Part shown: in pieces, positions 26,861 to 32,000 of the stretch
Numbering within the stretch: the first letter of the stretch is position 1
How the letters are laid out: the number at the start of each line of letters is the position of its first letter
Source: Candidatus Electronema halotolerans
GTDB taxonomy: Bacteria; Desulfobacterota; Desulfobulbia; Desulfobulbales; Desulfobulbaceae
NCBI GenBank assembly: GCA_942493095.1
Contig: OW818675.1
Span: 2,190,001-2,222,000 of the forward strand
Direction: 5' to 3'
Length of the DNA stretch: 32,000 nucleotides
Notes under the pieces: generated by a model
Told to the model about the DNA's origin: nothing
Databases searched by the model: none
What the model saw: the letters and a program-made list of their open reading frames with translations, nothing else
Position numbers and translations under genes: made by a program

Positions 26861-27106
26861 ATGGATGCTAAACTGACCTTGCAAATAGATGGTTCCGTCA
26901 TTGCATCTGCGAAACAGTTCGCTGCTGCGCGTCACACTTCGCTGTCAAAGCTGGTGGAGAACTACCTGAAAAGCATCACTCGTGAAACTGGCCAGGAGAA
27001 ACGGCTGCCGGGCGTTGTCGGCGAACTTGCCGGTCTGCTGAAGGGCGTGGATGCGGACGAAAGCAGGAAAGCGCAGGCTGATCATCTGGAAGAGAAGTAC
27101 AGATGA
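26861..27106 (+). CDS. Antitoxin, ribbon-helix-helix/DUF6364-like
   Basis: 81 aa; LTLQIDGSVIASAKQFAAARHTSLSKLVENYLKSI; stop overlaps the PIN toxin start (atga). Confidence 0.75.
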   Translation: MDAKLTLQIDGSVIASAKQFAAARHTSLSKLVENYLKSITRETGQEKRLPGVVGELAGLLKGVDADESRKAQADHLEEKYR

Positions 27107-27513
27107 ATACGATCTTTCTGGATGCGGATGTCATTCTTGATCTGCTGACAGAGCGGGAGCCGCATTTTGAACCGGCAGCACAGCTCTTTCTCAGGATTCA
27201 GGGTAAGGAGCTGAACGCCTGCACTTCGCCGGTTGTCATCGCCAACATCTTTTACATCCTCAACAAGCATATTGGCCGGGAAAGAGCGGTTCAGGCAATC
27301 AGAAAACTCAGGACTCTGGTCAAGGTGCTCACTTGCGGAGAACGCATCATTGATGCGGCGCTTGCTTCAGATTTTACTGATTTTGAAGATGCGATCCAAT
27401 ACAGCACTGCGCTGGCGCACAAGATAGACACGCTCATCACAAGAAATGTGACAGATTACAAAACAGCAACGATCAAGATAGTGACACCGCTTGAGTATAT
27501 CGAAAGCATGTAA
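27103..27513 (+). CDS. PIN-domain ribonuclease toxin (VapC-like)
   Basis: 136 aa; MNTIFLDADVILDLLTEREPHFEPAAQLF, FEDAIQYSTALAHKIDTLITRNVTDYK. Confidence 0.85.
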   Translation: MNTIFLDADVILDLLTEREPHFEPAAQLFLRIQGKELNACTSPVVIANIFYILNKHIGRERAVQAIRKLRTLVKVLTCGERIIDAALASDFTDFEDAIQYSTALAHKIDTLITRNVTDYKTATIKIVTPLEYIESM

Positions 27514-27518
27514 ATTGT

Positions 27519-27563
27519 ATCCAGATTGTTTTTCAGGCGGGCTGAGGGAAGGGGCGGCAGGCC
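27519..27563 (+). repeat. 45-bp direct repeat, right copy
   Basis: Identical to 26719..26763; starts 5 nt after the PIN toxin stop. Confidence 0.92.
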
Positions 27564-27617
27564 GGTGAAGGCGGGGTGATTGCATTCAGCCTGAGCTGTG
27601 GGCTGTCTGCAAATTGA

Positions 27618-27704
27618 GTAGGGCGGGCAAACAGTTGTATCGTTTGTCTGTGCGGAAGCGGATATGAATTGGCGGGCAAGCAGAAAGATGCTTGCCCACG
27701 CTAC
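27618..27704. repeat. MITE-like short element with imperfect terminal inverted repeats
   Basis: Ends gtagggcgggcaaa ... cttgcccacgctac (reverse complement gtagcgtgggcaag), 87 bp overall. Confidence 0.45.
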
Positions 27705-27719
27705 GGTACTACCAACAAA

Positions 27720-28401
27720 GTGCTCAACGCCTTTCGGCATCAAAGATAGAATCACCTTTCTGACACTGCCAGTCACGTTCCCATCGCCCTGTGCTCAACG
27801 CCTTTCGGCATCAAAGATAGAATCACAAACCGAGATATAAAATGTACAATTCTGTGACACTGTGCTCAACGCCTTTCGGCATCAAAGATAGAATCACCAC
27901 TCACAGCGAACTTCCGGCTCACCGTTGACGATGTGCTCAACGCCTTTCGGCATCAAAGATAGAATCACGCCTGCGCTGATGCTTTGTCGGCATGGTCTCG
28001 ATACAAGGTGCTCAACGCCTTTCGGCATCAAAGATAGAATCACCAGGTTGAGGAGGTCATCGTACTGGGCTTTGCGTTGTGCTCAACGCCTTTCGGCATC
28101 AAAGATAGAATCACTCCATACCTGCGGCGGCAGAAAAGTTTCTGACACGGCCGTGCTCAACGCCTTTCGGCATCAAAGATAGAATCACTTCCTTGGTCAA
28201 TCCTTGGTTAATCCTTCTTTAGCGTGCTCAACGCCTTTCGGCATCAAAGATAGAATCACACAGCAGCCACCAAGACCACAACAGAGCAGACCACGTGCTC
28301 AACGCCTTTCGGCATCAAAGATAGAATCACCTGGAAGAGGATGACAGATTTAAGGTAAGGGCCTGGTGCTCAACGCCTTTCGGCATCAAAGATAGAATCA
28401 C
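27720..28401. CRISPR. CRISPR array: 10 identical 36-nt repeats, 9 unique spacers (35-39 nt)
   Basis: Repeat GTGCTCAACGCCTTTCGGCATCAAAGATAGAATCAC starts at 27720, 27791, 27862, 27933, 28008, 28079, 28153, 28224, 28295 and 28366. Spacer lengths are 35, 35, 35, 39, 35, 38, 35, 35 and 35. No cas gene in the window. Confidence 0.98.
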
Positions 28402-28694
28402 AGCCCTTCCCGCAGCTCCCTGCTGACGGGCTGTGCAGCACGATAAATCAAGCTGGCCTGCTGTTCCGCTGCTGCTGCCTGCAATACGAGCAATTTCTTT
28501 TAGCCCTCCCTTGCTCAGGTTAATGGTTTTGCATGAAAAAATCCCAAATCAAGCACCTGCTGCCCCTGTCGGCGGCTACATTCAGCCGCTGTAGCAGTAC
28601 GTTACCGCCGATATCTGCAAACCTGCTGATAGTATCATGGATGCCCATGAGTTGGCAAGAAAATTTTTCTCGTTCTTCTGCTCCAGCGCGGGAA

Positions 28695-29003
28695 TCAGCT
28701 TGTTGCTCTGATCGGACTGACATCCCCTGCTGTCACCCGGTGTTCTCTGCCGGACGCATCCGCAACAATATATCGCCCATCCTCGGCCAAACCCGCGCCA
28801 ACCGTTGGGAGCATTTCCTTGCCGCTGTCATACTCCAAGGGCTTGCCAAGCAGATAATCTAACCTGCGCCATTCTTCCAGCAGAGCAGTCTTGCCGCCGT
28901 TCTCAAGCCGCTGCCCTGCCGTGTGCAGATGTTCCATGCCGGGCAGCAGAGCCGGAACATCTGCTGCCCGGCATGGAACACTGGGAGGAAATGACCATGC
29001 CAA
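28695..29003 (-). pseudogene. C-terminal remnant of biotin--protein ligase (BirA/BPL)
   Basis: LLEEWRRLDYLLGKPLEYDSGKEMLPTVGAGLAEDGRYIVADASGREHRVTAGDVS resembles the BPL C-terminal domain; the catalytic domain is absent upstream. Confidence 0.5.
28930..28980. repeat. 21-bp perfect inverted repeat with 9-nt loop
   Basis: tgttccatgccgggcagcaga - gccggaaca - tctgctgcccggcatggaaca. Confidence 0.9.
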
Positions 29004-29019
29004 AGAGTGCGAATAGCGC

Positions 29020-29047
29020 GTAAGGGCGATTCATGAATCGCCCCTAC
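29020..29047. repeat. REP/palindrome-like element GTAA-GGGCGATTCATGAATCGCCC-CTAC
   Basis: Perfect 20-bp palindrome gggcgattcatgaatcgccc at 29024..29043. Confidence 0.7.
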
Positions 29048-29068
29048 AGGATGTGATGCAATGACAAG

Positions 29069-29095
29069 GCCCTGAGTCCGCATCGGATTCAGGGC
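29069..29095 (+). terminator. Rho-independent-type terminator hairpin
   Basis: gccctgagtcc-gcatc-ggattcagggc followed by tttcttgttt; one G-U pair. Confidence 0.5.
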
Positions 29096-29246
29096 TTTCT
29101 TGTTTCCATCTTGCCGTTGCAAAAAACATCCGCAGCCTTTATTATGCAGTTTGAACAGAACCTTAATTCTGGATAACATGCTGGCGGAACTTGTTTTGCG
29201 GGATAACGCCCGGCATAAAACTGCATGCAACAACCCTACCTGACAA

Positions 29247-30134
29247 ATGAAAGGCATCATTCTCGCGGGCGGCTCCGGCACCCGCCTTTATCCGCTGACC
29301 CAAGTCATCAGCAAGCAGCTCATCCCGGTCTATGACAAGCCGATGATCTATTACCCGTTGGCCGTGCTGATGCTGGCGGGCATCCGCGACATCCTCCTCA
29401 TTTCCACGCCAGAAGACCTGCCCCGCTTCAGCCAGCTTTTCGGCGACGGCTCGCAGCTCGGCCTGAACATCTCCTACGCCGAGCAGCCCCGACCGGAAGG
29501 ACTGGCGCAAGCCTTTCTGCTCGGCAAGAAATTCATCGGCAGATCAGCGGTCTCCTTGGTGCTTGGGGACAACATCTTTTTCGGTCCCGGCTTTCAGCAG
29601 ATCGTCAAGCGATGCCGGAATCTGAAGAACAACGAAGGCGGCATCATCTTCGGTTATTTGGTCAAAGACCCGGAACGCTACGGCGTGGTCGAGTTTGACG
29701 CGGAAAAGAATGTGGTCAGCATTGAGGAAAAACCAGCCAAGCCCAAGTCGCGCTACGCAGTGCCGGGCCTCTATTTTTACGACAACAGCGTGGTCGAGAT
29801 TGCCGAGTCGATCAAGCCGTCAGCGCGGGGCGAGCTGGAAATCACGGATGTCAACCGCACCTATTTGCAGCAGGGCCGACTGCGGGTGGAGCTGCTCGGA
29901 CGCGGCTTCTGCTGGTTGGACACAGGCACGCATGAATCGCTCCAGCAGGCATCCGCTTATGTGCAGGCAGTGCAGGATCGGCAAGGCCTGAAGATCGCCT
30001 GCATTGAGGAAATCGCTTGGCGGATGGGCTACATTGACGCAGAGCAGGTGGAGCAGATTGCCCAGCAGATGCTCAAGAATCAGTACGGCCAGTACCTGAT
30101 GGCCATACTCAGGGAGGAGGGTGCGAAGCAATGA
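29247..30134 (+). CDS. rmlA: Glucose-1-phosphate thymidylyltransferase
   Basis: [38 protein letters not shown]; [10 protein letters not shown]; [23 protein letters not shown]. Confidence 0.97.
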   Translation: MKGIILAGGSGTRLYPLTQVISKQLIPVYDKPMIYYPLAVLMLAGIRDILLISTPEDLPRFSQLFGDGSQLGLNISYAEQPRPEGLAQAFLLGKKFIGRSAVSLVLGDNIFFGPGFQQIVKRCRNLKNNEGGIIFGYLVKDPERYGVVEFDAEKNVVSIEEKPAKPKSRYAVPGLYFYDNSVVEIAESIKPSARGELEITDVNRTYLQQGRLRVELLGRGFCWLDTGTHESLQQASAYVQAVQDRQGLKIACIEEIAWRMGYIDAEQVEQIAQQMLKNQYGQYLMAILREEGAKQ

Positions 30135-31012
30135 AGCTGCTGATCACTGGCGCGGGCGGGCAATTGGGGCAGGACTGCGTCCAGCTCATGCTTGACCGGC
30201 ACGAAATTTGCGCCCTGACCTCGCGCCAGCTTGACATCACCCAAGCTGAGGCGGTGCGGGAAGCGGTGGCCTGCATCCGCCCGCAGGTGCTGATCAACTG
30301 CGCCGCCTACACAGCTGTGGATGCCTGCGAGACAGAAACCGAACGCTGCATGGTGGTCAATGCCCACGGCCCGGCCCATCTTGCCGCAGCCTGCGCTGAG
30401 TTCGGCAGCCGCTTGATTCATATTTCCACCGACTATGTTTTTGACGGCAGCAAGCCAGTGCCGCAGGCCTACACAGAAGAGGATGCGGTCGGGCCGGTCT
30501 CCGCCTATGGCCGGAGCAAGCTGGCAGGCGAGCAGGCCATTGCCGAGCGGCTGGATGATTATCTTATTCTGCGCACGGCTTGGCTCTACGGCATGGGCAG
30601 CGGCAATTTCCTCAAGACCATGCTGCGCTTGGCAGTCGCAAAGCGTCCGCTCCGGGTGGTGGATGATCAGCACGGCTCGCTGACTTGGACCGCCTCCTTG
30701 GCCCGGCAGATCGAGCAGGTTTTAGACGGCGGCTTGTGCGGCATTGCCCATGCCACGGCAGAGGGACACTGCACCTGGTTTGAGGGGGCAAAGCATTTTC
30801 TTGAGGCCATGCAAGTGGAGTTTTCCTTGGAACCTTGCGTCACTGCCGACTATCCCACGCCAGCCCGGCGGCCTGCCAATTCCATTCTGGCCAACCACCG
30901 CCTGCAAGCGCATGGCCTGAACGTGATGCGCGACTGGCGGGCGGATGTGGATGATTTTGTCCGTCTGCACCGGGAGGAGCTGCTGCGGAGGGAACATGCT
31001 GGATTCAAGTGA
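30131..31012 (+). CDS. rmlD: dTDP-4-dehydrorhamnose reductase
   Basis: [66 protein letters not shown]; 4-nt overlap with rmlA. Confidence 0.96.
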   Translation: MKLLITGAGGQLGQDCVQLMLDRHEICALTSRQLDITQAEAVREAVACIRPQVLINCAAYTAVDACETETERCMVVNAHGPAHLAAACAEFGSRLIHISTDYVFDGSKPVPQAYTEEDAVGPVSAYGRSKLAGEQAIAERLDDYLILRTAWLYGMGSGNFLKTMLRLAVAKRPLRVVDDQHGSLTWTASLARQIEQVLDGGLCGIAHATAEGHCTWFEGAKHFLEAMQVEFSLEPCVTADYPTPARRPANSILANHRLQAHGLNVMRDWRADVDDFVRLHREELLRREHAGFK

Positions 31013-31263
31013 GCAGGGCATAGCCCATGATTTTCCATCAACCCCCTGTCAGTTTTTTCAAAGACCTCGGCCTGCTGTTGAGATTATCCACAGCACTCAG
31101 AACCTGCTGCACAGCAATGTCAAGCAGCTCCTGCCCTTCCTGTGAAAACGCGCTGCTTAACAATTGCCTTTCCCGGCAGCATCCTGTATTTTATTTTCAT
31201 CTGCCGGACATCATCTAAACTGCGCAGGGCAGTCTGTCCTTTTTTCAAACCTGCTGAAAAATC

Positions 31264-32000
31264 ATGCTGAACGTTGGCATTATCGGGGCTTCCGGCTACA
31301 CCGGAGTTGAACTGGCCCGCATTCTTTCCGATCATCCTGAAGTCCGGCTGACCGTGGCCACCTCGCGGCAGTTTGCCGGAAAACCGCTTTCCGAGGTCTT
31401 TCCCAACCTGCGCAAGCGGGTTGACCTGATCTGCGAAGACTTGACCCCAGAGCAGCTTGTTGACCGGGCTGATTTCTTTTTTGCCGCAGTGCCGCATAAG
31501 ACTGCGATGGCCTTGGTGCCGACCTTTTTGGCCGCAGGAAAAAAGGTGGTTGATCTGAGCGCGGATTTTCGCATCCGCGATGCAGCAGTGTATGAGCAAT
31601 GGTATCAGCCGCACAGCTGCCCGGAGCTGCTGGCCGAGGCAGTCTATGGTCTGCCGGAGCTGTATCGCGAGCAGGTGAAAAGCGCACGTCTGACAGCCAA
31701 TCCTGGCTGCTATCCGACCTCGATCATTCTCGGCTTGGCCCCCTTGCTGCGGGAAAAGCTGATCGACCCGGCCACTCTGATTGTTGACTCCAAGTCCGGC
31801 ACCTCTGGCGCGGGCCGTTCGCTCAATGTCGGCACCCTGTTCTGCGAGGTCACAGACGGCTTCCGGCCCTACAAAGTTGGCGGCGCGCACCGTCACATCC
31901 CGGAGATTGAGCAGGAGCTGTCCGCGCTGGCTGGCAGCGAGGTGATCATCTCCTTCACCCCGCACCTGCTGCCGATTTCACGCGGCATCCTCAGCACCAT
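31264..32000 (+). CDS. argC: N-acetyl-gamma-glutamyl-phosphate reductase (3' end beyond window)
   Basis: [66 protein letters not shown]. The reading frame is open to the window end, so it is absent from the ORF track. Confidence 0.95.
   Translation, partial: MLNVGIIGASGYTGVELARILSDHPEVRLTVATSRQFAGKPLSEVFPNLRKRVDLICEDLTPEQLVDRADFFFAAVPHKTAMALVPTFLAAGKKVVDLSADFRIRDAAVYEQWYQPHSCPELLAEAVYGLPELYREQVKSARLTANPGCYPTSIILGLAPLLREKLIDPATLIVDSKSGTSGAGRSLNVGTLFCEVTDGFRPYKVGGAHRHIPEIEQELSALAGSEVIISFTPHLLPISRGILST

Noticed and set aside
27756-28152. Spacer 1 and spacer 6 share tttctgacac-gcc
   Set aside because: Only a 10-nt exact match at different positions in the spacers; can be chance. I could not confirm any spacer target in the window.
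27925-28182. 85-aa ORF with repeated CSTPFGIKDRIT
   Set aside because: Translation of CRISPR repeats, not a gene.

Overview
Chromosomal segment, probably from a deltaproteobacterial or Desulfobulbaceae-like genome. That affiliation is an inference from gene content only. Confident content on the minus strand: an incomplete, very acidic, internally repetitive ORF (<1..3129), an MglA-like GTPase, a roadblock/LC7 protein, an LptE-like lipoprotein, leuS, tsaE, a family-5 extracellular solute-binding protein, a NicO/RcnA-type Ni/Co transporter with a His-rich loop, a SAM methyltransferase and an ABC-F ATPase. On the plus strand: a secreted hypothetical, a 1415-1437 aa PEP/pyruvate-binding-domain protein with a large uncharacterised N-terminus, cbiB/cobD, a DEAD-box helicase, a YkgJ-like cysteine-cluster protein, mtnA, a ribbon-helix-helix/PIN toxin-antitoxin pair, rmlA, rmlD and argC (partial). 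The accessory hot spot is about 26.3-29.1 kb. It holds a truncated PIN toxin remnant, a ~23-nt degenerate palindromic tandem repeat, a TA module bracketed by 45-bp direct repeats, a MITE-like inverted element, a 10-repeat CRISPR array with no cas genes in the window, a biotin-ligase C-terminal remnant and two strong perfect inverted repeats. The best candidates for a less-described system are the acidic repeat protein + MglA + roadblock cluster (1..4247) and the PEP/pyruvate-domain protein. No single locus here proves a novel defence system.
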